Below are positions 50,034-59,865 of a stretch of DNA of 64,000 nt, piece after piece. The number at the start of each line of letters is the position of its first letter. Position 1 is the stretch's first letter. The notes under the pieces are model-generated. The model searched no databases, had not been told where the DNA came from, and saw nothing but the letters and a program-made list of their open reading frames with translations. A program made the position numbers and the translations under genes. Origin of the DNA: Dehalococcoidia bacterium (GTDB lineage: Bacteria > Chloroflexota > Dehalococcoidia > GIF9 > UBA5629); assembly GCA_034435835.1 (NCBI GenBank), contig DAOTWF010000017.1:145113-209112 (forward strand). The letters are read 5' to 3'.

Positions 50034-50126
50034 TGTGCTGCGCTGAAGACAGGTAGCCCTCAACCCCCTCTGTAGAAGAAAAGATGAGGGCTACCTCGGT
50101 TGTCGGTTCTTGGCGTTATGCCCCGT

Positions 50127-51401
50127 CTACCAGAGCTTTCCCTTGTTCTTGATCTGGTTTGCCCAGACGTCCCAGCAAGGTACCTGCAGGTCTTCTGGTA
50201 CATTGAAGATACCCAGCGGCTTACCCCTGGGCTTTTCCGGTGCGGGCCACTTTTCTATCTGCTTGGCGACCTTTTCCATCCAGTGGTCAGTTTCGCCGAG
50301 GTAGAGCTGCCACACTTTACCCCTCTTGGTGTGTAGCGGCAGGACGCTGTCCTGGGTGGTGAAGCCGACGCCAGCCAGGACCTGGTGAGCCTGCCAGTGG
50401 GCATCGGTGCAAGCCTCGTTAGCCCTGGCTTTGGTCATAGCGACTTCGAGGTCGCAGGGAATGCCCTCGCTGAGCATCCAGGCAGATTCGTAGACCAGGT
50501 TCCTGGTGCCCTGCACATCGGCGAAAGCCATGATGCAGTACTCCTGCACCCAGTTATGGATACCGATGGGCATATCGAACTGGATCCTGGTCTTGGCATG
50601 TTCTACCGCCATTTCCATAGCTTTTTCTGCAGAGCCGACCATCTGGGCGCTGAGCAGCACGGCGCCGGTGTTGATCACCCTCTCCAGCGTGGGCCAGCCG
50701 CCATGCAGTTTGCCCACAATGTTCTTTGCCGGAACTTTCACCCGGTCGAAGACCACCTCGCACTGCTTCTTGTCCCCGGCGGTGGTGCGGAGCACGGTGT
50801 AGCTTATTCCGGGGCTTTTGGCATCGACAAGGAACAACGTGATACCGTCGGCAGCCCTGCGGTTCTTCCTGGTCCTGGTAGCCACCAGCAGGTAATCGGC
50901 AGCGATGGCATCGTGGACGAAAAGTTTGATGCCGTTAATGATGTAATGGTTACCTTCCGGGGTAGCCGGTACAGTTACCCCTTCAGGCAACCAGCCCTTA
51001 CCGTCCCAGGTGGCTTCAGGTTCGGTCAGTGCCAGAGCCATGACGAGCTCGCCTCTGGCTATCCTGGGCAGCAGGCTGGCTTTCTGCTCTTCGCTGCCTG
51101 CCTCCAGGATGGCGAGCCCGCAGAGGACTACGGTGGAGAGGTGGGGGCTGGGGAACAGCGCCCTCCCCATCTCCTCGTAGAGGATAGCCATGTCCAGTAT
51201 GTTCATCCCGATGCCACCGTATTTCTCCGGGTATATCAGTCCCAGCCAGCCCAGGTCGGCAGCCCTTTTCCACAGTTCCGGGGGATAGCCGAGGTCGCTG
51301 TCTTCTGCCCTCCTCACCACGCTCTCAGGGCACTCGTTCTCGAGGAAATCGCGGGCGGCCTTCTTAAGCATCTTTTGCTCTTCGCTAAGTTCGAAGTTCA
51401 T
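50127..51401 (-). CDS. acyl-CoA dehydrogenase family protein
   Basis: 424 aa. Begins MNFELSEEQKMLKKAARDF. ACAD N, middle and C domains. Confidence 0.9.
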   Translation of the reverse strand: MNFELSEEQKMLKKAARDFLENECPESVVRRAEDSDLGYPPELWKRAADLGWLGLIYPEKYGGIGMNILDMAILYEEMGRALFPSPHLSTVVLCGLAILEAGSEEQKASLLPRIARGELVMALALTEPEATWDGKGWLPEGVTVPATPEGNHYIINGIKLFVHDAIAADYLLVATRTRKNRRAADGITLFLVDAKSPGISYTVLRTTAGDKKQCEVVFDRVKVPAKNIVGKLHGGWPTLERVINTGAVLLSAQMVGSAEKAMEMAVEHAKTRIQFDMPIGIHNWVQEYCIMAFADVQGTRNLVYESAWMLSEGIPCDLEVAMTKARANEACTDAHWQAHQVLAGVGFTTQDSVLPLHTKRGKVWQLYLGETDHWMEKVAKQIEKWPAPEKPRGKPLGIFNVPEDLQVPCWDVWANQIKNKGKLW

Positions 51402-51429
51402 GTTCTTACTCCTTTAACGCCTCGTGACT

Positions 51430-52656
51430 TCAGGCCTGTTTTTCCTTTTCCTGCAGGGCTTTCATTATGGTTGTATTGAGCTTGGCAGGTATTCTGGGCA
51501 AGCCAAGCACCCTCCCCGCCAGTACAATCTTGATCGCCTCCATGGTGCCGGCGTAATGATAGCTCCGGGTCACCTGCCATCCACGCTCAATCGACCCGTC
51601 CAGTTTGGCATATTTTGAGCCCATGCGGAGCTGGCCATATATGCCCAGGATGTCCATCTTCAAATTCGGATGGGACATGCTGTTCAGCCGGCTGAATAGC
51701 CCGGTGAGGTCGAAATCCAGCGGACCCAGCCGCTTACGCTCGCCGAACCTCCAGGCGGTGCGCCATGCTGCCAGCCTGAGCACCTCGATATCGATAGCCA
51801 TTTTAGCCAGTGCCCTTCTAACCTGCGGGTCCTTAATCAGTGGCTTCCCGTTCCGCTTGGTCTCACGGCAGAACTGTATCAGCTCCTGCAGTTCCCGCTT
51901 GGCTCTGGCGGCGCCAGCGGTGTTAGACCTTTCGAACTCAAACGTTGCCATAACATGGTAGAAGCCCTGGTTTATCTGACCCACGATGGCATCGTCGCCC
52001 ACTTCAACATTGTCGAAATAAAAGATATTTGCCCGGTAGCCGCCCATACATGGCAGTGCGGTGACGGTTACCCCGGGGGTATCCGCCTTGACACAGAAAA
52101 GGGTGAGACCGCGGTGCTTGGGGATGGTGTCTGCCGTCCTAGCTTCGACGTAGAGCCAGTCCGGCTTATAGCCGCCGGTGATATATATCTTCTGGCCATT
52201 GATGACCCATTTGTCTCCCCTTTTTACGGCACGCGTCTGTTGGTTGGCTTCATCGGTGCCTGCTTCCGGTTCGGTGAAGCACTCGTACCAGATCTTCTCA
52301 CCGCTGGATATCTCTGGCAAGAACCGCTTCTTTTGCTCCTCGGTACCGAAGAGGTGTAGCCCGGGACCGACGATATGCAGGCCGATGCCATCGGGCCAGG
52401 CTATTCCCCAGTAGCCCTCCACCTCGTTGGCGATCCCGACCTCGATGTGTCCCAATCCCAGTCCGCCCCACTCCTTGGGCCAGCCTGGCGCCAGGTAGCC
52501 CTTCTTCCCGGCTTTCCTCTGCAGGTTCATCCAGAAATCCTGCAGCTCCTTGCGCAGCGCCGGTACCCCTGAGACGTCCTCAGGGAGCTCGTTGGCATAG
52601 AAGTCGTGTAGTTCCTTTCTCAGCTTCTCCTGCTCTTCAGTAAAGCCAAACTCCAT
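51430..52656 (-). CDS. acyl-CoA dehydrogenase family protein (second, tandem)
   Basis: Start taken at MEFGFTEEQEKLRKEL after GGAAGGAGG. The track ORF extends to 52749. ACAD domains present. Confidence 0.85.
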   Translation of the reverse strand: MEFGFTEEQEKLRKELHDFYANELPEDVSGVPALRKELQDFWMNLQRKAGKKGYLAPGWPKEWGGLGLGHIEVGIANEVEGYWGIAWPDGIGLHIVGPGLHLFGTEEQKKRFLPEISSGEKIWYECFTEPEAGTDEANQQTRAVKRGDKWVINGQKIYITGGYKPDWLYVEARTADTIPKHRGLTLFCVKADTPGVTVTALPCMGGYRANIFYFDNVEVGDDAIVGQINQGFYHVMATFEFERSNTAGAARAKRELQELIQFCRETKRNGKPLIKDPQVRRALAKMAIDIEVLRLAAWRTAWRFGERKRLGPLDFDLTGLFSRLNSMSHPNLKMDILGIYGQLRMGSKYAKLDGSIERGWQVTRSYHYAGTMEAIKIVLAGRVLGLPRIPAKLNTTIMKALQEKEKQA

Positions 52657-52888
52657 GTTACGAATCAAGACCTCCTTCCTGACATTAGAACTCGATACTA
52701 CCATGGATTGAGTGCGGTATCCCTTCTCACCCCCTTTCTTGGAGCACAACCGGCTGAGGGAAACGTGTTTGCCCCGCTAGATCTGGCTATCTAAAATTCC
52801 GCCTTATTGTAGATGCCTCCCCCCACACTGTCAAAAGCATCGTGGCGTGCGTAGCAAAGAATTACCTTGCCGTGTGGGGACCGAGGGG

Positions 52889-54433
52889 CTAGGCTTTGGC
52901 AGCAATCCTGTAGCTTGTATCCACGGGCGGCATCTTGGACTGGGCAATGCCCCTTAGGTCCACCAGCTTCGCCTGAGAGGGGTCTTTCTCCCAGCCGGGT
53001 ATGTTAGCCAGTCTCATGGCGGCAGCTTTGTACATATTCCAGTCGGCATTGGCATAGAACATCATCTTCTGCGCCGCCAGCGAGCCCTCAGCATGTATCT
53101 GGTGGGTGAGGTGCCTGCCGCCAGTGATGTCGTGTACCAGCCTTATCGCCTTTAGCCTGTGCTCTGTGGGTATGCCGGCTTTGCCAGCAAGGTATTTTTC
53201 GATGTACTTGCGCTCTTCTGGATTTACCCAGTCGCAGTAGGCGATGGGGTCGGCGGCGATACCGCCACAGACGTCTTGGGCGATCTTACACATCTCATGG
53301 AAGTTGTCGGCATACATGAACTTGGCGATGTTGGTGTAGAGCTGGTTGGGGATTACCAGGTCTGCATCTGGCTCCTTCTCCGGGAACATGCAGGCTGCCC
53401 AGCTTAAGGCTTTGAAAGCCTCGGTGACCTGTACCATCCAGGAAAGCTTATCACGGATGTGGGTGTACTTTTCTAGACCGTTGTACTCAGCCATCAGCGC
53501 GGCGGCGCCGGTGAGCTGCTCCATCATGGGCACCATGCGGCAGCAGGCGAACAGCCTGTGGAAGGTGGCGAACAGGTAGGCGATGTCCCTGGAGAACTGC
53601 CATTCGCCACATAGGAATACCCTCTCCCAGGGGACGAAAACGTCATCGAACACGATCATACACTCGCCATCGCCGACGCCGTGTCTGGAAGCGAGCGGTG
53701 CATCCCAAAAGGTCTCCTCGGTGCTGGGTCCCCTTATCTCGGGGTCGGCGCAGATGAGGGTGATGCCCTTGGCATTGAGCGGCGTGGCAAAGGCAACGGC
53801 ATAGTCCTTGTCCTCCTCCCCGTGGGTGCGGCAAGGGATGACGAAGGCTTCGTTGGCGGAAGGTGTGGAGCTGATATGGTACTTGCAGCCGCGGACGATG
53901 ATGCCCTCCTTGTTCTTGTCCACTACACGGACATAGAAGTCCTTGTGCTGAACCTGTTTTGAAGGGTGCAGCCCCCTATCGCCCTTGACATCGGTCTGGG
54001 CGGTGGTTAGCCCGATATCGGTCTTCTGAATGTATTTGCGGTAGGCTGCCACGCGCTCGCTATAATTGGTGCCCATGGCTTTGTCCACCCTTGCTGCCAG
54101 CACGGTCAAGGCTGCCAGACCGTCAACGCCCATACAGTGGAGACTGACGCCGCCGAAGCGGCTTCCCCAGATGTAAATCTCCCGGCGTTTCAGCAGGTCT
54201 TCCTTCGTCTTGGGCGGTATCCAGAGGAAGTGGACGTCCTCATTCTCCTCGTTCTTGGCGACGAATAGAGAGCGCGTCTCCGGGTGGTTGGTTACCACCC
54301 AGTCCATGGCGCCGCCCTGTACTATCCTCCGCAGCACCGGGTGGGTGGTGACGTCCTTCACCCTCTCCCCGAGGCAGTAGATCACCCTGCCATCCCTCAG
54401 ACTCTCCAGATATTGTTCTACTGTGCGTATCAT
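52889..54433 (-). CDS. HpaB-family protein (4-hydroxyphenylacetate 3-hydroxylase / 4-hydroxybutyryl-CoA dehydratase superfamily)
   Basis: 514 aa. Begins MIRTVEQYLESLRDGRVIY, typical of the HpaB/AbfD family. ACAD-like fold. Confidence 0.78.
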   Translation of the reverse strand: MIRTVEQYLESLRDGRVIYCLGERVKDVTTHPVLRRIVQGGAMDWVVTNHPETRSLFVAKNEENEDVHFLWIPPKTKEDLLKRREIYIWGSRFGGVSLHCMGVDGLAALTVLAARVDKAMGTNYSERVAAYRKYIQKTDIGLTTAQTDVKGDRGLHPSKQVQHKDFYVRVVDKNKEGIIVRGCKYHISSTPSANEAFVIPCRTHGEEDKDYAVAFATPLNAKGITLICADPEIRGPSTEETFWDAPLASRHGVGDGECMIVFDDVFVPWERVFLCGEWQFSRDIAYLFATFHRLFACCRMVPMMEQLTGAAALMAEYNGLEKYTHIRDKLSWMVQVTEAFKALSWAACMFPEKEPDADLVIPNQLYTNIAKFMYADNFHEMCKIAQDVCGGIAADPIAYCDWVNPEERKYIEKYLAGKAGIPTEHRLKAIRLVHDITGGRHLTHQIHAEGSLAAQKMMFYANADWNMYKAAAMRLANIPGWEKDPSQAKLVDLRGIAQSKMPPVDTSYRIAAKA

Positions 54434-54730
54434 GTGTCCCTCCCTTTTTTGGTTATTCTACCCACTGGCCGCCCTGTGAATGGGATCGCAGAGCGGCAAA
54501 GCAGTGGTGAGTTGCCCTCGGCTGAAATTATACATGGTAGACTTGCGATGGTTCACCCCGCCGCAGATAGGGCTGTGGCGGCATTTTGTCCCGAAAATGT
54601 GCCAGAGGTATCCCCTCCTCCAGCGCCGGCTGATGATTGCCTTGCTGCGGCGTGGCATCACAGTCAGCGAAGGTAGATGTTCGTCAGAAGAAGGGGTGCT
54701 GGACCGGGGGGTTGGTTACTGCCTGTGGTG

Positions 54731-55096
54731 ATGCTGCTGGCTGCTTTTCTGGTGCTGGCGTTATGTGCTAACGTTTGCCAGACAGCCGCCAGGGCTTACC
54801 ATTACCAACCGGTAGATGTCGACATCAGAGCCCTGGAGAACTTGGACTTACTGGTAACCGGGAAACTGGCGTTTGCCTTCACTTCCGGCGATTTCCATTA
54901 CTACTACCGCTGGACACCGACGGACAGGCTGGAATCGATCGAGGATGCAGGGGTGTGGCAAGGTGACTGGAAGTATGAACTCAATCCGGAGGTGAGGCAC
55001 TGGATAGGCATCAGGCGGGAGAAGGGTGGCTCACCGGGAGGGGACGACTATGCCTATGCTATTTGGAGGCAAGGAGGCCAGTTCTGGGTCGCCTGA
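54731..55096 (+). CDS. hypothetical small membrane-anchored protein
   Basis: N-terminal TM (MLLAAFLVLALCANV) followed by an aromatic-rich domain. The track ORF starts at 54677. Confidence 0.35.
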   Translation: MLLAAFLVLALCANVCQTAARAYHYQPVDVDIRALENLDLLVTGKLAFAFTSGDFHYYYRWTPTDRLESIEDAGVWQGDWKYELNPEVRHWIGIRREKGGSPGGDDYAYAIWRQGGQFWVA

Positions 55097-55590
55097 TGGT
55101 TCCCGAGGGCGGAGGGCGCTACCCGCACCATCGAGCTCAGGTACCGGGCGCATGGTACCCTGCGCATCGGTACTATCGCCGACCAGCTGGTCATATCTAC
55201 TTACAGCGTGCCCGCTGTCAGGCGGATGGTGGACGATTCCACCAGAATTTACCACCGGCAGGGTAGAGCCCGAGGAGGAACTGGAAATCAGAATCTCCTT
55301 TCCCCAAGGCATAGTCAGCGGTCGCCACCATCGTGGCAGGCGAGGCTGGAGAGGCAAGAGGCATACAACACAAAAGTCAAACCGGCAGTAAACCTAGCTC
55401 TAACGCTGTTTGGCTTAATTTTCGTGCCGCTGATGGGTGCCATGTTTATCAGGCTGCTGCCACGAAGTAATATTGTCCGCGTTTTATGATACTTGGGCAC
55501 AGCTGGTTCCGAATCAAACCGCCGTTTTATGGCTATTGAGCATAGGGCAAGGCTTTGTTAAAATGGGCTCTGACTGGGGGCAGTTACGCC

Positions 55591-56568
55591 ATGAAGCGAC
55601 CGACCAAGGGACACAAAACAGCAGCACGCAGCCTGTTAGCCGGTCTGGGAAAGACGCTGATATTCTTCTTCATCATTGCGATTGCAGTGCTGATGGTTAC
55701 TTCGGTTTGCATGTTTATCTCCATCGCTATAGAAGGTTGGGCATTGGCCGCTATATTGGCTTTCGGGGCTGTTTTTCTTGTGTTCTGTCTTCAAGCTTTT
55801 GCTCGCCGCAGACTGACCTTTACAAGGTTCTTTCTGGTGTCCTTTTTCTCAGTAATTTTCATAATGCTGGCGTCTGCTTATCTGGATATTAGGACGCTCA
55901 GCGATGTAAAGAACCATGTATCTGCCGCTTTTTCACAGCCTAAAGGACAGTTTCGTGAGAACATAGACCTCCTTGTGCAGAGAGCAGACCTTAAAGTAGA
56001 AGCAAATAACACTGCTGACAAGTCGACATCGGCTTCGACAACAGATGGCAAGACGACCGCCAAGAAGCAGGCAGACGAAAAGCATGTGTATTTGGACGGA
56101 GGCGTACTGGTGGGGGCGGATGGACATCGTATCACCTTAAAGAATAACCCGCAAGCCTCAGACCCATCATGGGAGCAACTGAAGACCTTTCTTCGTCAGG
56201 ATGACACAGATCGGATACCCTATGATTTCAATAAGTTCGTATGTGCTGACTTCGCTGAGAGGCTGCACAACAATGCCGAAATTGCTGGCATCAGGGCTGC
56301 GTATGTCTGCGTTAAGCTGGGACCAAGCAGCTACTATCCTAGATCTGGTGGTCACGCTTTGAACGCCTTCCAGACGACCGACCGAGGATTGGTGTATATT
56401 GATTGCACTGGCTTCGAGCCCGGCATCAGTGCAGATAGTGCAGATAAAATAGTGGATGTAGTGGTGGGGCAGGAATATGTGCCGAGAAGTATTTTCCCAC
56501 AGCCGGGGTGGTCTTTGGTTTGGTTAAGTATGGGAAAGGTCATTGAGATCGAGCTGATTGAATGGTGA
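55591..56568 (+). CDS. hypothetical membrane protein with 4 N-terminal TM helices and a C-terminal extracytoplasmic domain; lies in a low-GC island
   Basis: ATG at 55591 (MKRPTKGHK...); a TTG at 55555 is an alternative start. Local GC about 45% versus about 60% in the flanks. The C-domain has spaced Cys...His...Asp residues (FVCADF, GGHALNAF, YIDCTGFEP). Confidence 0.5.
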   Translation: MKRPTKGHKTAARSLLAGLGKTLIFFFIIAIAVLMVTSVCMFISIAIEGWALAAILAFGAVFLVFCLQAFARRRLTFTRFFLVSFFSVIFIMLASAYLDIRTLSDVKNHVSAAFSQPKGQFRENIDLLVQRADLKVEANNTADKSTSASTTDGKTTAKKQADEKHVYLDGGVLVGADGHRITLKNNPQASDPSWEQLKTFLRQDDTDRIPYDFNKFVCADFAERLHNNAEIAGIRAAYVCVKLGPSSYYPRSGGHALNAFQTTDRGLVYIDCTGFEPGISADSADKIVDVVVGQEYVPRSIFPQPGWSLVWLSMGKVIEIELIEW

Positions 56569-56722
56569 GGTCGCCACAGTGTGCGTAGACAGAGACGCTG
56601 TGCAGTTTGACTGCTTTGCAGCATGCGCTGTACTCGGTGGAGATGGCAGACGTTGCTAAGGATGAGCGGTGGAAGGGGAGCCGGCACGGGCTGGTGAGAC
56701 CACGTGCCGGCTCCTGATGGAG

Positions 56723-58009
56723 TTATGGCTGGCAGGATCGAGCTCTAAAGGTCAGGGTAAGGACGTTGGCGATCCTGATTTCGTCGCCGTCTTTGAGCGG
56801 CTGTTTGCCCTCGCCCCTGAGATCGGAGCCGTTAAGTTCAGTGCCGTTGGTGCTGCCGGAGTCCTCGATGTAGTAGCTGCCACCTTCACAGTAAAGTCGG
56901 ATGTGTTCTCTGGAGATCATGGCTGCCTTTTCCGCATCCACCAGGGAGCGGAAGTCCTTCCTCCCCAGAACGCCGCCGTTTGCTGGCAGGGACACCTCTT
57001 TGCCGTCCGGGGCAACGAGTCCGGGACCAGAGCCCAGGGTGGCGGTTCTGGTGCCGCTGGACTCGCCCGCCGACCGTGTGCTGGCGGTGCAGGAGAGGGT
57101 GCCCAGACGCGTGCCGGCGGTGTCTGCGGCATAAGCCAGGGCGGGCTTTCTGGTGACGAAGACGATCGCCGCCACGGTGGCGGCAGCCATCAGCGCAGCC
57201 AGGAGGACATAGAGTAGCCTGGGGCTGAAGCCATCGCCGAAGCTGAGGGGGAAGGTACTGTCCCCTCCCGTGCCGCTTGCGGCGCCGCTGCTGGTTTCCG
57301 GGGTAACGGTGGTGGTGGCAGCGGGGGTGGCGACGGTGATCGTGGTGCTGGCGGTCACTGTGCCGTCCTCATTGGTGGCGGTGAGCGTGTAGGTGGTGGT
57401 GGAGGTGGGGCTCACCACGTATGAGCCGGAGGCGGGGACGGAGCCGATTTCGGGCGATATGGTGACGGTGACACTCCTTTCAAGGACATCGCTCACTGTC
57501 CAGATCAGGGTGGCTGTCTCGCCGGGCTTTATGTAGCTGGGGCTGGCGCTGAAGGCGTTGACCACCGGCGGAGGGTCGATTTGCTGCCGGGGTTGGGGCT
57601 GGGGTTGGGGCTGCGTTACCACGACCACGCTGGGGCGCACGCACACCGCCCAGGTGCATTCACAGGGCCAGGAGCACCTAGGGTAGCAGGGGCAGCAGGG
57701 CTCGCACCACCGACAGCAGTCATGTGGGGCGGGTGGTGGGGGTAAAGGCGGTGCAGGCGGTGCCGGTGGTGATGGCGGTGCAGGCGGGGAACCCGAAGTA
57801 CCGGCTGATGCCGAAGCTGATGCGGTGGCGGTCACCGTGACTGTGACCGTGGGGTCAGCCCCGGTGGCGTTGACGGTGACGGTAGCCGTGGCAGAGGAGT
57901 CAGCCTGCGCCGAATTGTCTTCGGCGTATACTGACGTGACCCCCAGTAACAGGGCAGAGCACATCAGGAGTGCTGCTGCCAGGGCAAGGAATGGTTTTTT
58001 GAAGCTCAT
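56723..58009 (-). CDS. single-pass membrane protein: signal peptide, Thr/Val-rich and Pro-rich linkers, a 10-Cys motif, one Ig/PKD-like repeat, TM, and a cytoplasmic C-terminal FHA domain
   Basis: 428 aa. N-terminal signal peptide. CCRWCEPCCPCYPRCSWPCECTWAVC. Ig-like repeat ...GETATLIWTV...TTTYTLTATNEDG. TM LLYVLLAALMAAATVAAIVFV. FHA core (ISREHIRLYCEGGSYYIEDSGSTNGTELNG). Confidence 0.8.
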   Translation of the reverse strand: MSFKKPFLALAAALLMCSALLLGVTSVYAEDNSAQADSSATATVTVNATGADPTVTVTVTATASASASAGTSGSPPAPPSPPAPPAPPLPPPPAPHDCCRWCEPCCPCYPRCSWPCECTWAVCVRPSVVVVTQPQPQPQPRQQIDPPPVVNAFSASPSYIKPGETATLIWTVSDVLERSVTVTISPEIGSVPASGSYVVSPTSTTTYTLTATNEDGTVTASTTITVATPAATTTVTPETSSGAASGTGGDSTFPLSFGDGFSPRLLYVLLAALMAAATVAAIVFVTRKPALAYAADTAGTRLGTLSCTASTRSAGESSGTRTATLGSGPGLVAPDGKEVSLPANGGVLGRKDFRSLVDAEKAAMISREHIRLYCEGGSYYIEDSGSTNGTELNGSDLRGEGKQPLKDGDEIRIANVLTLTFRARSCQP

Positions 58010-58111
58010 CTTTTACCTCCTTTCTTTTTTCTATTCGTTGACCTTGACTAACAGGGCGGAGAATAGCAACAGTACCGCCGTTATTGTGAAGATCATGGTC
58101 CTGAAGCTCAT

Positions 58112-59701
58112 TTATTTCACCTCCGTGTTATTTTTATTTTCTTTCCTGAAAGCGATGCTCAGTTTGCCTGCCAGTTCGATTACATCGCCATCTGAAAGCG
58201 CATGCCTGCCGGTGCCTTTAATCTCTTTGTCGTTGAGCTTGGTGCCGTTGGTGCTGCTGCGGTCCTCGATGTAGTACTGACCGTTTTCATACCAGATGTT
58301 GAAGTGCTGCCTTGATATGTAGATGGCGTTCTCCGGAAGCATGGAACTTTCGAAGTCATGCCGGCCAAAGGATCTGGCGTTGCCAGCCAGCAGTATTTCA
58401 CTGCCGTCGGGCAATACCAGCTTCGCCGGCGGGGCCTCCACCACGGGCGTGGTCGTTGGCAGTGTATTTGCGTACGGGGTCACGCCAGGCTGGGTGGTGC
58501 CTTCCCGTACGGCTGGCTCTGGCATATGACGGGTCTTCGCCGGTCTCCTCGCCATCACGGCGACGAGGACGATTATCGCCATCACCGCCAGTGCCAGCAG
58601 GGCAATAAGTCCCCAGAGCAGGTAGGGTGGCTGTTCCACGGTGATAGTTACCGACACGGACTGCGCGGTACCGTCAGCATAGGTGGCGGTGAGGGTATAG
58701 GTGGTGGTCTGCTGTGGTGCTACCTGCACTGTGCCGCTTGTCACTACGGTGCCCAAGCTGCTGATGGACACGTGTGTAGCCCCGGGGGCACTCCAGGAGA
58801 GAGTTGCTGTCTTCCCCTTCTTTATCACGGTCTGGTCGGTGCTGAAGATGGGTGGTGTTCTGGGTTTGACCGTTATGGTCAAGGACGATGACGCTGTCTT
58901 GTCCGATTTACCTTTCGCCATCAGCGTGTAGGTAGTGGTGGTGGTGGGGGTGACCGAGGTGGAGCCGGAGGCGGCGACCGTCCCGATGTCCGGAGATATG
59001 GTGACGCTGCTGGCATTGGTGGTGGTCCAGGTGAGCGTCACTGTTTCCCCTGCCTCGATGGAGGTCTTGCTGGCAGTGAAGGAGTTTATCACCGGCGGTT
59101 TGACCTGCTCCGATGGTGGGGCGGGTATGTCAGGCGGGTAGTAGCCAGCGGTGTAGTTGAAGCTCAGCGAGCGAGTTGACCAGACTCCGCCGGAGAGGAA
59201 CCACATCCTCCACACATACCTGCCAGGCGGGTCGAAGGGCTCGGCAACGAAGGGCCCGAGCTGCCAGACGCCGGCACGTGGGATATACCAGCGGTAGCAG
59301 AGCCAGTGTCCGTAAGGCACGGTGCCTACGGGGTAGTACTCCCAGAGGTAGAAATAGCCCGCTCCGCTGACTGATACGATAAGGTAACAAGCCCAGTTGC
59401 GGTAGAGGTTGGTCAAAATCTGTCCGTAGCTGTTTACCAGGCAGGCGCCCACTATCGAGCCCGGGGCAGTTCCCGGTGCCACCTCGGGCGGCGAAATCTG
59501 CAGCGAGGGCCATGTCTGACCGTACACCTCTACCCTTACCGGGGGCTCCATTGACTCCTGCCCCCCATAAGGCGGCTGCCATGGCTCGGTGGGGTTCGGT
59601 GGCGGGAAGGGATAGTCCTGCGCTGCGGCGGGAAATACTATGCCCGGGGCAGTCAGAGAAGCCAGGACGACTATCAGAAAGACCGAGAGTAACCCTTTCA
59701 T
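58112..59701 (-). CDS. single-pass membrane protein: signal peptide, Trp/Tyr-rich module, two Ig/PKD-like repeats, TM, and a cytoplasmic C-terminal FHA domain
   Basis: 529 aa. Signal peptide. W/Y-rich block (YLWEYYPVGT...GVWQLGPF...RMWFLSGGVW). Two repeats ending TTTYTL(M/T)A. TM LLWGLIALLALAVMAIIVLVAV. FHA core (ISRQHFNIWYENGQYYIEDRSSTNGTKLN). Confidence 0.8.
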   Translation of the reverse strand: MKGLLSVFLIVVLASLTAPGIVFPAAAQDYPFPPPNPTEPWQPPYGGQESMEPPVRVEVYGQTWPSLQISPPEVAPGTAPGSIVGACLVNSYGQILTNLYRNWACYLIVSVSGAGYFYLWEYYPVGTVPYGHWLCYRWYIPRAGVWQLGPFVAEPFDPPGRYVWRMWFLSGGVWSTRSLSFNYTAGYYPPDIPAPPSEQVKPPVINSFTASKTSIEAGETVTLTWTTTNASSVTISPDIGTVAASGSTSVTPTTTTTYTLMAKGKSDKTASSSLTITVKPRTPPIFSTDQTVIKKGKTATLSWSAPGATHVSISSLGTVVTSGTVQVAPQQTTTYTLTATYADGTAQSVSVTITVEQPPYLLWGLIALLALAVMAIIVLVAVMARRPAKTRHMPEPAVREGTTQPGVTPYANTLPTTTPVVEAPPAKLVLPDGSEILLAGNARSFGRHDFESSMLPENAIYISRQHFNIWYENGQYYIEDRSSTNGTKLNDKEIKGTGRHALSDGDVIELAGKLSIAFRKENKNNTEVK

Positions 59702-59865
59702 GTTTTTGACTTAACTCCCGAACATGACATTTTCTTGATTTAAATATACGCGCCTCGGGGGTGGGTTGCTTGACTGCGGGATGACAGACCGCTGACAGTT
59801 TTTTGACAAGACGGGGAATGGTGGAGGATGTTTCCGGGGGTCCTAAGGGGATGGGCAACAGGAGC

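Noticed and set aside
47519-51479. Plus-strand ORFs of 294-364 aa opposite the reductase-family and ACAD genes (47519-48403, 48289-49218, 50385-51479)
   Set aside because: Same high-GC shadow-ORF phenomenon. Gly/Ala/Arg-rich, overlapping strongly supported genes on the other strand.
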